Of a DNA stretch of 64,000 nucleotides, positions 39,246 to 53,559 are shown in pieces. The notes below the pieces were generated by a model, which had not been told where the DNA came from, searched no databases, and worked only from the letters and a program-made list of their open reading frames with translations. Location of the stretch: positions 139,231-203,230 of the forward strand of contig JAMWCW010000002.1 of the NCBI GenBank assembly GCA_023819145.1, written 5' to 3'. A program made the translations under genes and the position numbers. The stretch's first letter is position 1, and each line of letters begins with the position of its first letter. This stretch comes from Candidatus Omnitrophota bacterium. Lineage in GTDB: Bacteria > Omnitrophota > Gorgyraeia > DTHP01.

Positions 39246-39590
39246 CTAATTCCTCCCCCTTTTTATTTCATCAAGCTCTATGGTAATATGTGTAGTCCTA
39301 CGCCTAATCATATTTGCTCTGCCAAAAGGAGCGGCCCGATATCGCTTCAAAACCGGACCACCATCGGCGGTAATCTTGGAAATATATAATCTTCTTCCCT
39401 TTAATCCCTTAAACTCTGCATTAGCTATTGCAGATTTGAGTACCTTCAAAATATAAATTGCCGGTCGTTTGTTTAAATTAATGAGTAGCGCTTCCGCAGT
39501 ATCTACGTCCTTACCCCGAACAATGTCCGCTACTTGACGAACCTTTCGCGGGGATAACCTTAAATATCGCAAAACAGCATGTGAAACCAT
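39246..39590 (-). CDS. rplV: 50S ribosomal protein L22
   Basis: 114 aa. Confidence 0.95.
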   Translation of the reverse strand: MVSHAVLRYLRLSPRKVRQVADIVRGKDVDTAEALLINLNKRPAIYILKVLKSAIANAEFKGLKGRRLYISKITADGGPVLKRYRAAPFGRANMIRRRTTHITIELDEIKRGRN

Positions 39591-39606
39591 TAAAACCTCT
39601 TTCTCT

Positions 39607-39906
39607 TTATTCCTTTCCCGTTTTTACTCCCTCGGCAGCAACCTTTGTTCCTGCTCCACCATGTTTTCTAAAAGTCCGTGTAGGAGCGAACTCACCTAAA
39701 CGGTGTCCAACCATATGCTCTGTAACATAAACAGGGATAAATTTCTGACCATTATATACAAGAAAAGTATATCCTACAAACTCGGGTAGAATCATCGATT
39801 TTCTTGACCAAGTTTTTATGGGTTTATGCTCTTGTTTTATAGTATTCTTAACTTTTTCAACCAACTTTTGATCTACATAAGGTCCTTTTTTTATACTCCG
39901 TGCCAT
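39607..39906 (-). CDS. rpsS: 30S ribosomal protein S19
   Basis: 99 aa, [12 protein letters not shown]... Confidence 0.95.
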   Translation of the reverse strand: MARSIKKGPYVDQKLVEKVKNTIKQEHKPIKTWSRKSMILPEFVGYTFLVYNGQKFIPVYVTEHMVGHRLGEFAPTRTFRKHGGAGTKVAAEGVKTGKE

Positions 39907-39949
39907 CTTAATCTACCTCATTTAATGTGAATGATTAATGATGAGAAAA

Positions 39950-40777
39950 TCATTTTCTCCTTTTCACAATATAGCTATCAGAATATTTCTTTTTCCTTCT
40001 CGTCTTATATCCTTTTGTAGGTTTACCCCAGGGAGTAACCGGATGGGGATTTCCCTGACCACTCTTACCTTCTCCTCCTCCGTGAGGATGGTCAATAGGA
40101 TTCATTGCCGCACCTCGGACATGAGGACGTCTTCCTAACCAACGTGAACGTCCTGCTTTACCGATCGCAATGTTCTTATGATCTATATTCCCCAATTGTC
40201 CTATAGTAGCAAAACAGTCAAGATTTATTAACCTAATTTCACCCGAAGGCATCTTGACATGAGCAAAATTTCCTTCCTTCGCCATTACTTGAGCAGAACC
40301 TCCTGCGGCTCTTACCAATTTACCTCCTCTACCTTTTATCAATTCTATATTATGCACCAATGTTCCTACGGGAATGTTTCTCAAAGGTAAAGCGTTGCCA
40401 ATTTTTATTTCTACTTCTGGCCCCGAAACAAGCTTTTCTCCTACCTTAAGCCCTAAGGGAGCAAGAATATATCTTTTTTCACCATCTTCGTATTTCAGAA
40501 GAGCAATCCGTGCTGAGCGGTTAGGGTCGTATTCAATAGATTCTACTACTGCAGGGATGTTAATTTTTTCGCGTTTAAAATCAATGAGACGATAATACCG
40601 TTTATGCCCTCCACCAATATGACGCGCAGTAAGATGTCCAAACTGATTCCTTCCCCCTCCTTTTTTCAAAATCTCAATGAGAGACCGTTCGGGCTCATCA
40701 CGTGTAATCTCCTCAAATGAAGAAACCGTCTGCCATCTTAAAGTGGGAGTAACCGGTTTATATTTTTTAATCCCCAT
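39950..40777 (-). CDS. rplB: 50S ribosomal protein L2
   Basis: 275 aa. Confidence 0.95.
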   Translation of the reverse strand: MGIKKYKPVTPTLRWQTVSSFEEITRDEPERSLIEILKKGGGRNQFGHLTARHIGGGHKRYYRLIDFKREKINIPAVVESIEYDPNRSARIALLKYEDGEKRYILAPLGLKVGEKLVSGPEVEIKIGNALPLRNIPVGTLVHNIELIKGRGGKLVRAAGGSAQVMAKEGNFAHVKMPSGEIRLINLDCFATIGQLGNIDHKNIAIGKAGRSRWLGRRPHVRGAAMNPIDHPHGGGEGKSGQGNPHPVTPWGKPTKGYKTRRKKKYSDSYIVKRRK

Positions 40778-40788
40778 CGATTCTCCTT

Positions 40789-41070
40789 TTATGCCTGTTC
40801 TATCTTATGCCCTTCTTTTAAAGTAACCACTGCTTTTTTCCAGTCTGGTTTTCTTCCCTGGGAACGACCTATCCTTCTCCATTTTCCAGGGACTACTAAA
40901 GTATTTACATCCTTTACCTTAACATTATAAATCTTTTCTATCGCCTGCCTAATCTGAATTTTATTTGCTTCGGGATTCACAGCAAAGGTATACTTATTCC
41001 ATTTCCCCTGTCTGGTAGACTGCTCTGTCTGGAGCATAAACAAAACGCAATCATGAGCCTCTAGCTTCAT
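40789..41070 (-). CDS. rplW: 50S ribosomal protein L23
   Basis: 93 aa. Confidence 0.9.
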   Translation of the reverse strand: MKLEAHDCVLFMLQTEQSTRQGKWNKYTFAVNPEANKIQIRQAIEKIYNVKVKDVNTLVVPGKWRRIGRSQGRKPDWKKAVVTLKEGHKIEQA

Positions 41071-41711
41071 TTATTTATCCTCAAAATAAGTCCTTCCAAT
41101 GCGGAAGGGGTCAAAATAAGCAAATCGCTATATAAAATGTCCATAACATTTACTTCGTCATCTGTCTTAACTACTACTCCCGCTATATTTCTGCTTGCTA
41201 AGCGTATCCCCGGAGTTACTTCCTTCAATACGAAGAGAATTCTTCCTTTTAGTTTTAGCTTTTCTAAAATCTTGGCAAAATTTTTTGTTTTTGGATTTTC
41301 TAACTTAATATTATCTTCGACTAATCTAAGACTCGATCCTTTCCAATGCATGTTTAAACAGTCTTTCAATCCGCGTTTTAAGATTTTTTTGGGCAAACGA
41401 TACGCATAGTCACGCGGAATAGGACCAAAAACCTTTCCCCCACCTCTCCAAAGAGGAGACCTTATACTTCCCATTCTCGCACGACCGGTTCCTTTCTGAC
41501 GCCAAGGTTTACGATTGCCACCTTTTACCTCGCCTCTGGTCTTTGTAGAAGCTGTTCCCTTCCTCTGATTTGCTTCATACATAAGCTTTATCTGATGAAG
41601 AAGGTCGATATTAACTTTTCCATCGAAAATATCCGCATTCAGAGGAACCTTTTCTTTCTCTTTTCCTTCCAAGTCGTATAGAACCAAAAAGTTATTGCTT
41701 TCAGTATTCAT
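41067..41711 (-). CDS. rplD: 50S ribosomal protein L4
   Basis: 214 aa. Confidence 0.95.
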   Translation of the reverse strand: MNTESNNFLVLYDLEGKEKEKVPLNADIFDGKVNIDLLHQIKLMYEANQRKGTASTKTRGEVKGGNRKPWRQKGTGRARMGSIRSPLWRGGGKVFGPIPRDYAYRLPKKILKRGLKDCLNMHWKGSSLRLVEDNIKLENPKTKNFAKILEKLKLKGRILFVLKEVTPGIRLASRNIAGVVVKTDDEVNVMDILYSDLLILTPSALEGLILRINK

Positions 41712-42355
41712 TTCTTAATCTTGGGTTGTTTTCTTGACTTTCTAACCAATACTAAATTATTCCCTGGACCAGGAACCGCTCCTTTAACCACAAGAAGATT
41801 CTTTTCTTTGTCACGAAAAATAACCTTTAAATTCTTCACGGTAATTCTACTATTCCCCATTCTCCCCGGCATATGTTGTCCTTTAAAAACTCTTGAGGGA
41901 TCAGTACTGGAACCGATCGAACCCGGACGCCGATGCGACATTGAACCGTGTGTCTTAGGCCCTCCTTTCCAATTCCAACGTTTCATTCCTCCTTGAAAAC
42001 CCTTACCAATAGAATTTCCTTGAACATCCACATAAATTGCACCATTGAATAATTCTACATCAAGCAAATCACCGGGTTTGTATTTGCTTAACTCTTCTCT
42101 ATCAATTCTTACTTCTCGAATAAATCTCTGGGGCTTTATGCCAATTTTCTCAAAAAACTTTAACTCTGCACGATTAATTCCTTTGTTCTTTCTCTCTTCA
42201 AACCCAATCTGTAATGCATAATAACCATCTTTTTCATTGCTAATAACCCGAAGAACATAACATGGCCCCACACGGAGAACGGTCACAGGCATAACTGTTC
42301 CCTTATCATCATATAACTGCGTCATCCCAATCTTTTTCCCTAATAAAGAATCCAT
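41708..42355 (-). CDS. rplC: 50S ribosomal protein L3
   Basis: 215 aa, ...GKKIGMTQLYD... Confidence 0.95.
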   Translation of the reverse strand: MDSLLGKKIGMTQLYDDKGTVMPVTVLRVGPCYVLRVISNEKDGYYALQIGFEERKNKGINRAELKFFEKIGIKPQRFIREVRIDREELSKYKPGDLLDVELFNGAIYVDVQGNSIGKGFQGGMKRWNWKGGPKTHGSMSHRRPGSIGSSTDPSRVFKGQHMPGRMGNSRITVKNLKVIFRDKEKNLLVVKGAVPGPGNNLVLVRKSRKQPKIKK

Positions 42356-42398
42356 CGCTCTATCACGTTATTTTCGCTTTATCAAAAAACAATTCTCA

Positions 42399-42704
42399 TT
42401 ATCTAATTTCCGCATGCACCCCTGCGGGAAGATTTAACTTTCGTAATGCCTCCATAGTCTTAGCAGTAGGGTCTAAAATGTCGATGATTCTTTTATGAAC
42501 TTTCATCTCGAATTGTTCTCTGGATTTTTTATCAATTACCGGAGACCGTAAAACCGTATAGACCCTCCACTTTGTTGGTAAGGGAATAGGACCTCTTACC
42601 TTCGCTCCTGTCTTTTTAGCACTTTCTACAATCTCTGCAGCTGATTGGTCAAGAATGCGATGGTCGTAAGCTTTTAATTTTATCCGAATCTTATGCTCAG
42701 CCAT
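42399..42704 (-). CDS. rpsJ: 30S ribosomal protein S10
   Basis: 101 aa. Confidence 0.95.
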   Translation of the reverse strand: MAEHKIRIKLKAYDHRILDQSAAEIVESAKKTGAKVRGPIPLPTKWRVYTVLRSPVIDKKSREQFEMKVHKRIIDILDPTAKTMEALRKLNLPAGVHAEIR

Positions 42705-42729
42705 TTATCCTCACTTATATTATATTTAT

Positions 42730-44805
42730 TTAGAATATTCCCGACAGTATTTTCTCTAATGTCTCTTTAGGAACCTCTTGATAAAAAGAAGGTTCCATGG
42801 TATAGCTACCTCTGCCCTGCGTTAGCGACCTTATCTTCGTCACATAACCAAACATCTCTGCAAGCGGAACAAACCCACGAATTGTCTTTATATTGCCCCG
42901 CTGACCAAGCCCAACGATCTGTGCCCGACGAGAATTTAAATCCCCCAAAACCTCACCTAAGTATTCCTCAGGAGTAATGACTTCAATATCCATAATGGGT
43001 TCCATCAATATAGGTTCACCCTTTTTTAAGGCTTCTCTCAAAGCAAGAGAACCTGCCATACGAAAAGAAAATTCAGAAGAATCAACCTCATGATATGCTC
43101 CATCAATCAAAGAAACCTTAATATCAATAATCGGAAAATTCGCTAAGACCCCCGTCTGGGCTGCTTCTCGAACCCCTGCTTCTACTGCAGGAATAAATTC
43201 CTTAGGAATAACTCCCCGCGTAATACGGTTAATGAAAACTATACCTGAATTTTTCTCACCTGGTTCTACTTCAATAACAACCTTACCAAATTGCCCCTTT
43301 CCTCCCGTCTGTTGAATAAATTTGCCTTCAGATAACACTTTCTTTCTGATCGTCTCTTTATAAGCTACCTGCGGTCTGCCTACATTTGTCTGAACATTAA
43401 ATTCACGTGCAAGACGCTCCAGAATTATCTCCAAATGAAGTTCACCCATCCCCCAAATAATCGTCTGGTTGGTTTCAGAATTATATCTAACTCTGAAAGT
43501 AGGATCCTCTTCTTCTATTTTATGCAAAGACAGGGAAAGGCGCTCTTGGTCGGCTTTAGTAATGGGTTCAATTGCCATAGAGATTACCGGTTCAGGGAAA
43601 TGCATGCTTTCTAATAAAATAGGATGGTCTTCGTCACATATGGTTTCACCAGTAACTGTATCTTTAAGTCCAACGCAAGCCACGATATCCCCTGCTGAGG
43701 CTTCTTCAATAATCTCTTGTCTATTTGCATGCATGCGCACAAGTTTCTGTATTTTTTCGCTTATTCTTTTATTTGCATTATAAACATACATACCTGAATA
43801 TAATTTCCCTGAATATATACGGAAATAGGAAAGTTTACCAATATAAGGGTCAACCATAATCTTGAAACACAATGCTGAAAGATATCCTTCAGAGTCCACT
43901 TCCCGTTCAACAATCTCTTGATTCAAAGGAGATTTTCCACTTATTGCCCCCCTGTCAAGAGGAGAAGGTAAATAGTCACAGATAGCATCCAGTAAAGGCT
44001 GTATTCCTCTATTCCGTAACGAGGCGCCACACAAAACAGGGGTTGCTTTGTTCTTTAAAGTCGCTCTTCTTATCCCTTCTTTTAAATCGAGAAGAGTAAT
44101 CTTTTCACTGTGAATAAATTTATTCATAACTAAATCATCTACTTCTGCTAACCTTTCAATTAACTTTTCCCTCTGCAATGAAACTACATCTTTATAATTT
44201 TCTGGAACATTTTCCTCTCTGTATTCTACACATTCGGGATCAAGATCATAAATAATCGCTTTCATTTCCAAGAGGTCAACTATCCCTATAAAATTATCTT
44301 CTTGGACCATAGGTATTTGTAGAACCAAAGGCTTTGCTCCTAATTTTTCTTCCATTTGTTTTACCACACCAAAAAAATCACTTCCCACGCGGTCAAGCTT
44401 ATTCACATAGGCAATCCGTGCAACTTTATAACGGTCCGCTTGATGCCACACTGTTTCCGATTGGGGTTCTACACCACCGACGCCACAGAATACCACTACC
44501 GCTCCATCCAAAACCTTTAACGAACGCTCCACCTCCACAGTAAAATCTACATGACCCGGTGTGTCAATTATATTTATCTGAAAATCTTTCCAGAAACAGG
44601 TAGTAGAAGCAGCGGTAATAGTAATTCCTCTTTCTTGTTCCTGTTCCATCCAATCCATAGACGCAGTTCCCTCATCTACTTCGCCTATGCGATGGATTCT
44701 TCCTGTATAAAATAGAATTCGTTCGGTAGTGGTGGTTTTACCCGCATCAATATGAGCAACAATCCCAATATTTCTGATATTCTTCAACAAAATTAACCTA
44801 CTCAT
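42730..44805 (-). CDS. fusA: translation elongation factor G
   Basis: ATG at 44805 gives [31 protein letters not shown]... (691 aa, canonical EF-G). The track ORF began at a TTG 45 codons upstream, overlapping rpsG. Confidence 0.9.
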   Translation of the reverse strand: MSRLILLKNIRNIGIVAHIDAGKTTTTERILFYTGRIHRIGEVDEGTASMDWMEQEQERGITITAASTTCFWKDFQINIIDTPGHVDFTVEVERSLKVLDGAVVVFCGVGGVEPQSETVWHQADRYKVARIAYVNKLDRVGSDFFGVVKQMEEKLGAKPLVLQIPMVQEDNFIGIVDLLEMKAIIYDLDPECVEYREENVPENYKDVVSLQREKLIERLAEVDDLVMNKFIHSEKITLLDLKEGIRRATLKNKATPVLCGASLRNRGIQPLLDAICDYLPSPLDRGAISGKSPLNQEIVEREVDSEGYLSALCFKIMVDPYIGKLSYFRIYSGKLYSGMYVYNANKRISEKIQKLVRMHANRQEIIEEASAGDIVACVGLKDTVTGETICDEDHPILLESMHFPEPVISMAIEPITKADQERLSLSLHKIEEEDPTFRVRYNSETNQTIIWGMGELHLEIILERLAREFNVQTNVGRPQVAYKETIRKKVLSEGKFIQQTGGKGQFGKVVIEVEPGEKNSGIVFINRITRGVIPKEFIPAVEAGVREAAQTGVLANFPIIDIKVSLIDGAYHEVDSSEFSFRMAGSLALREALKKGEPILMEPIMDIEVITPEEYLGEVLGDLNSRRAQIVGLGQRGNIKTIRGFVPLAEMFGYVTKIRSLTQGRGSYTMEPSFYQEVPKETLEKILSGIF

Positions 44806-44920
44806 TACTCTTTTACTATTCTGTAAAAATTCATGATTTTTATAAAAATCAACTGAACTTTTTGTGCTTTTTGTATTGTAAATAATTTTCTCTTCTAAAA
44901 TCACTTTTGTTTTATTGCTA

Positions 44921-45388
44921 TTACCAACGAAAATGGGCAAAGGCCTTATTTGCCTCTGCCATCTTATGGGTTTCTTCTCTCTTTTTTATGGCGAATCCCT
45001 GTCCTTTGTAAGCTTCTAAAATTTCTTCTGCAAGTTTCTCTCTCATTGGTTTTCCTTTTTTCTTACGCGCAGCATCACGCATCCAGCGTAAAGCAAGCGC
45101 AATGCCTCTCTCTGGCTTCACCTCCATAGGTACTTGGTAAGTCGCTCCTCCTACTCTCCTTGGTCTTACTTCGAGCAGCGGACGCACATTATCCACTGCT
45201 TTCTGTAAAATATCTAACGGCTCGGCTTTTAATTGCTGAGAAATAATCTCTAAAGCAGAATAAACAATTTTTTCCGCAATTGCTTTTTTACCCTCCCACA
45301 TCAAAAGGTTTATCAAACGCTGGACAAGCTTAGAATTATAAACCGCGTCGGGTAAAGTTTCTTTTTTTACTGCTCTTCTCCTTCTCAT
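44921..45388 (-). CDS. rpsG: 30S ribosomal protein S7
   Basis: 155 aa. Confidence 0.95.
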   Translation of the reverse strand: MRRRRAVKKETLPDAVYNSKLVQRLINLLMWEGKKAIAEKIVYSALEIISQQLKAEPLDILQKAVDNVRPLLEVRPRRVGGATYQVPMEVKPERGIALALRWMRDAARKKKGKPMREKLAEEILEAYKGQGFAIKKREETHKMAEANKAFAHFRW

Positions 45389-45427
45389 GGTTCTATCCTC
45401 AATTTTCTTCGGCTATTTAAAAAATAA

Positions 45428-45799
45428 TTACTTGGGCATCTTCGTTCCATATTTGGAACGCGATTTCTTACGATCCGTTACACCCGCTGTATCTAAGGCC
45501 CCACGCACAATATGATAGCGTACTCCCGGCAAGTCTTTAACTCTACCCCCTCTTACTAAAACAATAGAATGCTCCTGAAGATTGTGTCCTTCACCAGGGA
45601 TGTAGGAAGTAACTTCTATCCCCGTTGTTAACCGCACCCGTGCAATTTTTCGTAAAGCAGAATTGGGCTTTTTAGGAGTCATCGTCCTCACCTGAACACA
45701 CACCCCTCTGCGTTGAGGACATCCCTTAAGTGCAGGAGATTTTGATTTTTTTCTCCTTTTCTCTCTTCCCTTTCGCAATAACTGACTTAAAGTTGGCAT
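45428..45799 (-). CDS. rpsL: 30S ribosomal protein S12
   Basis: ATG at 45799 ([14 protein letters not shown]...) preceded by GGAGG. The track ORF started 5 codons upstream. Confidence 0.95.
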   Translation of the reverse strand: MPTLSQLLRKGREKRRKKSKSPALKGCPQRRGVCVQVRTMTPKKPNSALRKIARVRLTTGIEVTSYIPGEGHNLQEHSIVLVRGGRVKDLPGVRYHIVRGALDTAGVTDRKKSRSKYGTKMPK

Positions 45800-45817
45800 A
45801 CCCCTCCTTATCAAAAC

Positions 45818-48800
45818 CTATTCAATCTTTTTTACTACCTCTAATTCCTGATGAGTACGAAAACCTGTTCCTGCAGGAACCAAATGTCCCATGATTACAT
45901 TCTCCTTTAACCCCCTTAAGTCATCTCGCTTACCTGCAGCAGCTGCTTCAGTAAGAACTCGTGTTGTTTCTTGGAAACTGGCTGCAGAAATAAAACTTTC
46001 GGTGGTCAAGGAAGCCTTAGTAATACCTTGAAGAATGGGGGTAGCAATAGCAGGACGTGAACCTTTTTTCATTACCCTCTCATTTTCGTCACGGAAAACA
46101 AATTTATCCACTTCCTGTCCCATTAAGAAATCGGTATCACCAGGGTCTTCGATAACAACTTTTCTTAACATCTGTCTAATAATCAATTCTATATGCTTAT
46201 CATCTATCTTGACTCCCTGCAGACGATAAACCTCTTGAATTTCGTTAAGAAGATATTCTTGTAATTTTTTATCTCCACATATCCTCAATATGTCCTGAGG
46301 AACTATCGGACCATCGGTAAGCGGTTGTCCACTCGTAACCCAATCTCCTTTGTATACATTAAGGTGTTTTCCATGAGGAATTATATATTCTTTCCTCATT
46401 CCCGATGGACTACGAATAATAACCCTCCTTTGCCCCTTCTTCGCAGGACCAAACTCTACCCAGCCATCTATTTCACTAATAATTGCTGGATCATGTGGTC
46501 TTCTCGCCTCAAATAGCTCTGCTACACGAGGAAGACCACCGGTAATATCCCTTGTTTTAACGACCTTACGCGGGGTCTTAGCCAAAACTGTTCCCGCCTC
46601 CACAATCTGACCTTCTTTAACGACAATGTGAGCACCCGCAGGTAAAGCATAAACTGCCAAAACCTCCTCACTTTCTGCATTAATAACAAGTATCTGAGGA
46701 TGATAATCACCCTTATATTCAATAATTATTTTATTGACGAGTCCTGTGCTTTCATCTATTTCCTCCCGCATGGTAATACCTTCTTTAATGTCCTCAAACA
46801 TTATCTTGCCGCCTACCTCGGTTAAAATGGGAGAGGTATACGGATCCCATTTAACAAAAGTATCACCCCTTTCAACCCTCGCACCATCTTCGAATTTTAC
46901 GAGTGAACCCTGAGGTATAGAATAGCGTTCAAGTTCCCTTCCTGCCTCATCATTGATAACTACTTGACCATTGCGGTTAAGAACGACAATCTGTCCTTTT
47001 GTCTTTACAGTTCTTAGATTAGAATATTTTATAATTCCAGAATTTTTTGCTTGCAGAAAAGATTGTTCTATAATTCTACTTGCGGTACCTCCAATATGGA
47101 ATGTCCTCATGGTTAACTGAGTACCAGGCTCTCCAATAGATTGAGCCGCAATTATCCCCACTGCCTCTCCCATCTCTACTATTCTTTGAGTAGCAAGATT
47201 CCTCCCATAACATTTAGCACAAACACCGTGTCTGGTTTCACAAGTCAATACCGACCGAATGCGAATCTTTTCTATACCTAACTGTTCAATACGCTCTGCC
47301 TGTTCTTCTGTAATCTCTTCTTCTGCTTTCACAATAACCTCATCAGTAATAATATCCACTATATTATCCAAAGCAACTCTTCCTATAATGCGTTCCTTTA
47401 AACTCACTACCACCTCATCCCCCTCAATAATGGCTGCTACAAATATACCGTTAAGGGTCTTGCAATCTTCTTCCGTGACAATAACATCCTGTGCCACATC
47501 AATTAAACGACGAGTAAGATACCCGGCATCTGCGGTCTTTAAAGCTGTGTCCGCCAAACCTTTTCTGGCTCCATGTGTAGAGATAAAATATTCCAAGACG
47601 CTTAACCCTTCTCTGAAGTTGGCAGTAATCGGAGACTCTATAATTTCTCCCGAAGGTTTAGCCATTAGCCCACGCATTCCTGCAAGTTGTCTAATCTGGA
47701 GACGCGAACCACGAGCACCTGAATCTGCCATCATAAAAACAGGATTAAATGGCTCCAGTTCTCTAAATATCTGGTCTGAAACGGTATCGGTAATGTGCGT
47801 CCAAATATCTATGATTCTGTTATAGCGCTCCCCATCAGTAATTATTCCCTTTTTATATTGCTCTTCTACATGAGCCACTTCTTCCTTAGCATGTTTAAGC
47901 AATTCTTCTTTCTTTTTAGGAATACTCAAATCTTCTACTGCCATAGAAAGTCCAGCAAGCGTAGCCATTTCAAATCCCAGATTCTTAAGCCGGTCTAAAA
48001 ACATTACTGTCTCATGATGCCCAAATTTTCTATAACAGGATTGAATAAGCTTGCTTAATCTAGTCTTGTCCACTACCTCGTTGAAGAAGGCCATCCCTGG
48101 GGTAAGCACACTATTAAAAATTACTCTTCCTACCGTCGTCTCAACAATGTTGCCATTAACTCTTAATTTAATTTTTGCGTGTAAAGGAATCTCCTTGTCA
48201 CCATAGGCGTAAATAACTTCTTCAGAGGAAGAAAAATACCTAATTTCTTCACCCTGGTCTGGTTTTTCTTTGGTAAGATAATGGCATCCTAAAACAATAT
48301 CCTGAGAAGGAGTAACTATCGGACCACCATTGGCAGGAGAAAAAATATTGTGTGAGGCAAGCATAATCAATCTGGCTTCCATCTGAGCTTCTATAGAAAG
48401 AGGAACATGGACAGCCATCTGGTCCCCATCGAAATCAGCATTAAATGCAGAACAAACTAAGGGATGTATTTTAATTGCTTTGCCCTCTACCAAAACAGGT
48501 TGAAATGCTTGTATCCCTAAACGATGTAAAGTGGGAGCACGATTAAGCAAAACCGGATGGTCCTTAATTACTTCCTCAAGAATATCCCACACTTCCATCT
48601 TCGTCTTTTCAACCATTTTCCGTGCGCTTCTTATCGTATGCACATGCCCTTTTTCTTTCAGTTTCCGAATAATAAAAGGTTCAAAAAGCTCCAGAGCCAT
48701 TTTTTTAGGAAGACCACATTGATAAAGTTTTAACTCAGGACCAATCACAATGACACTTCGCCCCGAATAATCTACGCGTTTACCCAATAGATTCTGTCGA

Positions 48801-49834
48801 AAACGTCCCTGTTTACCTTTAAGCATATCCGCAAGTGACTTTAGAGGCCTGTTTCCTGCCCCCATTACTGGTCTACCATGCCTTCCATTGTCAAATAAAG
48901 CATCTACTGCTTCCTGAAGCATACGTTTTTCATTTCTAATAATAATCTCCGGGGCTTTTAACTCAATCAACTTCTTCAACCTATTATTGCGATTAATTAC
49001 CCGACGATACAAATCATTAAGGTCGGAAGTTGCAAACCTTCCTCCATCTAACGGAACAAGTGGTCTTAAATCCGGAGGGATAACCGGAATAACTTCTAAT
49101 ATCATCCATTCAGGTTTATTACCCGATTTTCTAAAGGCTTCAACAAATTTTAAACTCTTAACTACTTTTTTATTTACCTGACCGCTTCTTGTGCTCTTAA
49201 TTGCCTTTCTTAATTCATGCGCCATTTTATCAAGATCCAGTTCTTTCAATAAACCTTGAAGTGCCTCTGCCCCCATCTTGGCAACAAATTTATTTCCATA
49301 CTTTCCTTTTGCCTCTTGATACTTCTCTTCACTTAAAAGTTCTTTTTTACGCAAAGGAGTATCTCCAGGATCAATGACCACATATTCTTCATAGTAAATA
49401 ACCTTCTCCAGTTCCCTTACAGAAAGGTCTAAAATCAATCCCAATTTAGAGGGCATAACTTTAAAGAACCAAATATGAGAAACAGGGGAAGCAAGTTCTA
49501 TATGTCCCATTCTTTCCCGACGCACACTCGACCGCGTAACTTCTACACCACAACGGTCACAAACTACACCTTTATATTTAATTCTTTTATACTTACCACA
49601 ATAACACTCCCAGTCCTTTGTGGGTCCAAAGATACGTTCACAGAAAAGCCCATCCTTCTCCGGCTTAAAAGTCCGATAATTTATGGTCTCTGGCTTCTTG
49701 ACCTCCCCATGAGACCAGGAACGAATTGTCTCCGGAGAAGCAATTCTTATGCTTATGGCATCAAATAATGATAATCCTTCTTCCTTATCTTTTTCCTTAC
49801 TACTTTTGAGCAAAGTTTTGTTTCCCATTTTCAC
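45818..49834 (-). CDS. rpoC: DNA-directed RNA polymerase beta' subunit
   Basis: 1338 aa, zinc finger [23 protein letters not shown]. Catalytic NADFDGD. Confidence 0.98.
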   Translation of the reverse strand: MKMGNKTLLKSSKEKDKEEGLSLFDAISIRIASPETIRSWSHGEVKKPETINYRTFKPEKDGLFCERIFGPTKDWECYCGKYKRIKYKGVVCDRCGVEVTRSSVRRERMGHIELASPVSHIWFFKVMPSKLGLILDLSVRELEKVIYYEEYVVIDPGDTPLRKKELLSEEKYQEAKGKYGNKFVAKMGAEALQGLLKELDLDKMAHELRKAIKSTRSGQVNKKVVKSLKFVEAFRKSGNKPEWMILEVIPVIPPDLRPLVPLDGGRFATSDLNDLYRRVINRNNRLKKLIELKAPEIIIRNEKRMLQEAVDALFDNGRHGRPVMGAGNRPLKSLADMLKGKQGRFRQNLLGKRVDYSGRSVIVIGPELKLYQCGLPKKMALELFEPFIIRKLKEKGHVHTIRSARKMVEKTKMEVWDILEEVIKDHPVLLNRAPTLHRLGIQAFQPVLVEGKAIKIHPLVCSAFNADFDGDQMAVHVPLSIEAQMEARLIMLASHNIFSPANGGPIVTPSQDIVLGCHYLTKEKPDQGEEIRYFSSSEEVIYAYGDKEIPLHAKIKLRVNGNIVETTVGRVIFNSVLTPGMAFFNEVVDKTRLSKLIQSCYRKFGHHETVMFLDRLKNLGFEMATLAGLSMAVEDLSIPKKKEELLKHAKEEVAHVEEQYKKGIITDGERYNRIIDIWTHITDTVSDQIFRELEPFNPVFMMADSGARGSRLQIRQLAGMRGLMAKPSGEIIESPITANFREGLSVLEYFISTHGARKGLADTALKTADAGYLTRRLIDVAQDVIVTEEDCKTLNGIFVAAIIEGDEVVVSLKERIIGRVALDNIVDIITDEVIVKAEEEITEEQAERIEQLGIEKIRIRSVLTCETRHGVCAKCYGRNLATQRIVEMGEAVGIIAAQSIGEPGTQLTMRTFHIGGTASRIIEQSFLQAKNSGIIKYSNLRTVKTKGQIVVLNRNGQVVINDEAGRELERYSIPQGSLVKFEDGARVERGDTFVKWDPYTSPILTEVGGKIMFEDIKEGITMREEIDESTGLVNKIIIEYKGDYHPQILVINAESEEVLAVYALPAGAHIVVKEGQIVEAGTVLAKTPRKVVKTRDITGGLPRVAELFEARRPHDPAIISEIDGWVEFGPAKKGQRRVIIRSPSGMRKEYIIPHGKHLNVYKGDWVTSGQPLTDGPIVPQDILRICGDKKLQEYLLNEIQEVYRLQGVKIDDKHIELIIRQMLRKVVIEDPGDTDFLMGQEVDKFVFRDENERVMKKGSRPAIATPILQGITKASLTTESFISAASFQETTRVLTEAAAAGKRDDLRGLKENVIMGHLVPAGTGFRTHQELEVVKKIE

Positions 49835-52800
49835 TACGCTTTCTTCTTTTCCTTCTTTATGTCAAGGCACAATCCTTGTAATTCTTTAACCAAAACATTA
49901 AAAGATTCGGGAGTTCCTGGATTTAAAGCATTTTCTCCTTTCACAATTGCTTCATATATCCGTGTCCTTCCCTCAACATCATCACTTTTCACAGTAAGAA
50001 GCTCCTGTAAAGTATAGGCAGAACCATAAGCCTCTAAAGCCCAAACCTCCATCTCTCCAAATCTCTGCCCTCCAAACTGTGCTTTACCCCCCAGCGGCTG
50101 TTGGGTAACTAAAGAATAAGGCCCTATAGAACGTGCATGAATCTTCTCATCTACCAAGTGAATGAGTTTCATCATATAAATATAACCGACCGTAACCTTG
50201 TTATCAAAAACCTCTCCCGTATAACCATCACGCAACGTAATCCTACCATCTTCAGGTAAATTAGCTTTGCGTAATTGTTCCTTAATCTCCTCCTCATTTG
50301 CACCTCCAAAAACAGGAGAAATAACCTGGATCCCCAACTCCCGGGCAGCCCACCCTAACTGAGTTTCTAAAAGCTGACCAACATTCATACGAGAAGGCAC
50401 TCCTAAAGGATTAAGCACAATTTCTACCGGTGTACCATCGGGTAAAAAAGGCATATCTTCTTCCGCCAGAATACGCGCAATTACTCCTTTATTTCCATGT
50501 CTTCCTGCTATTTTATCCCCCACAGAAAGTCTTCTTTTACTTGCTACATAAACAACTACCTTTTTCAAAACGCCGGCAGGAAGTTCATCTCCTCTCTTAA
50601 TCTGATCTATTTCACGTTCCTGTTCATAAATCAACTCTTCCATCTGATCATCGTAGAGACGCATAACTTTCCTCAACTCTTCTTCCAGCGCCTCATTATC
50701 TTTTATCTTCATTCCATCTAAATCGCACTTATCGAGTTTATGCAAATCTTTCTTCGTAATGGTTTTGTCTTGAGAAATAACCGTTTCGCCAGTATCAATA
50801 TCTAAAAGCGCAGAAGAAAGTTTTTGGCCTAAAAGAAGTTTAGATAATCTCTTATTTCTCTCTTCTTTTATCTCTTTTATTTGTTTTTGATACTGTTCTT
50901 TTATTGCATTTATTTGCTTTAACTCCTCGGTAATCACCTCTTTGGAACGAGGCTTTGCTTCTTTACGAGAGAAAATTCTGACATCAACCACTGTCCCTTC
51001 TACACCAGGGGGTACGGTTAAAGAAGCATCTCTTACATCTCCTGCTTTCTCGCCAAAGATAGCTCTTAAAAGTTTTTCCTCAGGCGTCAACTCTGTTTCC
51101 GTTTTGGGAGTAACTTTTCCTACAAGTATATCTCCGGATTTTACCTCTGCTCCTATCCGGATAATTCCATTCTCATCCAAATCTTTTAAAGCTTCTTCTC
51201 CCACTCCCGGGATATCCCGTGTAATTTCTTCGGGACCTAATTTTGTCTCTCTTGCTTCAATACTGAATTCTTCTATATGCAGAGAAGTCAGGGTATCATC
51301 TTTCAGTAATTTCTCACTTATCAAAATAGCATCCTCAAAATTGTAACCACGCCACGACATGAAAGCTACTAAGACATTCCTTCCTAAAGCCAATTCTCCA
51401 TCTTTAGTAGCAGAACCATCAGCAATTACATCCCCCTCTTTTACCCGGTCTCCCACTTTTACTATCGGTCTTTGGTTAACACAGGTATCTGCATTGGAAC
51501 GTAAGAATTTTTTCAATTCGTAAATATCTGAACCAACTACGATACGATCTGCCTGAACTTCACGAACCACGCCATCCTTTTTCGCTAAGACAACAGTGCC
51601 TGAATCTATTGCTACTCTCTTCTCCATTCCAGTCATTACAAAAGGCACCTCGGGGAATAATAAAGGAACTGCCTGTCTTTGCATATTGGAACCCATAAGA
51701 GCACGGTTAGCATCGTCATGTTCTAAAAAGGGGATAAGACTAGCAGATACAGAAACTAATTGTCTCGGTGAAACATCCATGTAGTCTACCCTCTTGGGTT
51801 CAACCTTTAAGAAATTATCTTTATAACGGCAGAAAACCAAATCTTCTATCAATTTCCCTTCTTTATCCAATTTTGCATTTGCTTGGGCAATCATAAATTT
51901 ATCTTCAACATCTGCGGTAAGATATTCTATTCTATTGGTCACCCTGCCATTTATTACTTTACGATAAGGAGTCTCTAATAAACCAAATTCATTAACCCGT
52001 GCAAAAGTGCTTAAAGAAACAATTAAACCTATGTTAGGACCTTCGGGAGTCTCAACAGGACAAACTCTACCATAGTGAGAATAATGCACATCTCTTACCT
52101 CAAAACCTGCCCGTTCTCGGTCAAGCCCCCCCGGTCCAAGAGCAGAAAGTCTTCTGCGGTGAGTCAACTCTGCCAAAGGATTGGTTTGATCCATAAACTG
52201 AGAAAGTTGACTCCGCAAAAAGAAATCCCTTACTGCACTCGCAATTAACTTTGAATTAATTAGGTGGTGGGGCATAACATTTTCCATATCATATATATTC
52301 ATCCTCTCTCGAGCTATTCTCTCCATCCGCAACATACCCACACGAAACTGATTTTCTAAAAGCTCACCCACAGTCCTCACTCGCCGATTCCCCAAGTGGT
52401 CAATATCATCTGGGTCACCAACACCCTCTTTTAGATTTAGCAAATACTTAACCGCCGCGATGACTGTCTCTAAATCCAAAACCCTCTTCTCTAAAGGTGT
52501 ATCCATATTTAACTTACGATTAATTAAATACCTTCCCACCCTCTCCAAATCATATCTCTTAGGGTCAAAAAATAGTTTTTCAAGCATAGATTTCGCGGCT
52601 TCCGCTGAAGAAGGATAACCAGGTCTTAATTTGCGGTATATATCCATGAGAGCCTCTTCCTGATTCTTCGTAAAATCTCTTTTCAAGGTATTAACAATTT
52701 CCATCACATTATTCTTTAGAACCCTTACTCTAGCCGGAATAAACTCCACGTCCCGGTCAAGAAGATTTTCTTTCGATAAACGTGTATATTTAGGAATAAG

Positions 52801-53526
52801 CACATGTTCGGAATCCGGCATCTTTATATCTTCGGCTAAAATCCTACCCGTAAGTTCTTTTAACTGGGAACGACTCTCAACTTTTACATCCTCTATACCG
52901 CAGAAAGCTTTGAGAATCTCTTCATCTGTAGAAAGACCTAAAGCGCGCAAGAAACTTGTGGCAAAAAATTTCCTTTTTCTATCAAGAATGACATATAAAA
53001 CATCATTTAAATCAAATTCAAATTCTATCCATGAACCATGATAAGGCACAATCCTTCCTGAATACATTCTTTTACCGTTAGGATGAATTGTTTCTTCAAA
53101 GGAAATGCCGGGAGAACGATGGAGCTGAGAAACCACAACCCTTTCATCTCCATTAATCACAAAAGTACCCTTATTAGTCATCAGTGGTAAATCACAAATA
53201 TAAACTTCCTGTTCCTTTATTTCTTTTTTAGTAACTAATCTAATGCGTGCCTTTAAAGGTATAGCATAGGTTAAACCACGTCTTCTTGCTTCTTCCTCGC
53301 TATACTTAGGTTTACCCATACTATAATTCACAAACTCTAAACGATATGTACCATCAGGGCCATCAATAGGAAAAGTATTTAAGAAAACCCCCTGCAATCC
53401 CACTGCTTTTCTCTTCGTTCGAGGAACATCCGCCTGCAAAAAATTTGCATAAGATACCTTCTGTATCTCTACCAGATCGGGAAGGGAAACAGCATCGGAA
53501 ATCTTAGAAAAACTTATCCTTTTCAT
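49834..53526 (-). CDS. rpoB: DNA-directed RNA polymerase beta subunit
   Basis: 1230 aa, canonical rpoB throughout. Confidence 0.98.
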   Translation of the reverse strand: MKRISFSKISDAVSLPDLVEIQKVSYANFLQADVPRTKRKAVGLQGVFLNTFPIDGPDGTYRLEFVNYSMGKPKYSEEEARRRGLTYAIPLKARIRLVTKKEIKEQEVYICDLPLMTNKGTFVINGDERVVVSQLHRSPGISFEETIHPNGKRMYSGRIVPYHGSWIEFEFDLNDVLYVILDRKRKFFATSFLRALGLSTDEEILKAFCGIEDVKVESRSQLKELTGRILAEDIKMPDSEHVLIPKYTRLSKENLLDRDVEFIPARVRVLKNNVMEIVNTLKRDFTKNQEEALMDIYRKLRPGYPSSAEAAKSMLEKLFFDPKRYDLERVGRYLINRKLNMDTPLEKRVLDLETVIAAVKYLLNLKEGVGDPDDIDHLGNRRVRTVGELLENQFRVGMLRMERIARERMNIYDMENVMPHHLINSKLIASAVRDFFLRSQLSQFMDQTNPLAELTHRRRLSALGPGGLDRERAGFEVRDVHYSHYGRVCPVETPEGPNIGLIVSLSTFARVNEFGLLETPYRKVINGRVTNRIEYLTADVEDKFMIAQANAKLDKEGKLIEDLVFCRYKDNFLKVEPKRVDYMDVSPRQLVSVSASLIPFLEHDDANRALMGSNMQRQAVPLLFPEVPFVMTGMEKRVAIDSGTVVLAKKDGVVREVQADRIVVGSDIYELKKFLRSNADTCVNQRPIVKVGDRVKEGDVIADGSATKDGELALGRNVLVAFMSWRGYNFEDAILISEKLLKDDTLTSLHIEEFSIEARETKLGPEEITRDIPGVGEEALKDLDENGIIRIGAEVKSGDILVGKVTPKTETELTPEEKLLRAIFGEKAGDVRDASLTVPPGVEGTVVDVRIFSRKEAKPRSKEVITEELKQINAIKEQYQKQIKEIKEERNKRLSKLLLGQKLSSALLDIDTGETVISQDKTITKKDLHKLDKCDLDGMKIKDNEALEEELRKVMRLYDDQMEELIYEQEREIDQIKRGDELPAGVLKKVVVYVASKRRLSVGDKIAGRHGNKGVIARILAEEDMPFLPDGTPVEIVLNPLGVPSRMNVGQLLETQLGWAARELGIQVISPVFGGANEEEIKEQLRKANLPEDGRITLRDGYTGEVFDNKVTVGYIYMMKLIHLVDEKIHARSIGPYSLVTQQPLGGKAQFGGQRFGEMEVWALEAYGSAYTLQELLTVKSDDVEGRTRIYEAIVKGENALNPGTPESFNVLVKELQGLCLDIKKEKKKA

Positions 53527-53559
53527 TTCTTGCTAATCTTTCTAAAAATCAAAAAGATT

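Noticed and set aside
42730-44940. Long 736-aa form of EF-G starting at TTG 44940
   Set aside because: The 45-aa N-terminal extension is non-conserved and overlaps the rpsG 3' end. The in-frame ATG at 44805 gives the canonical EF-G N-terminus 8 residues before the G1 motif.
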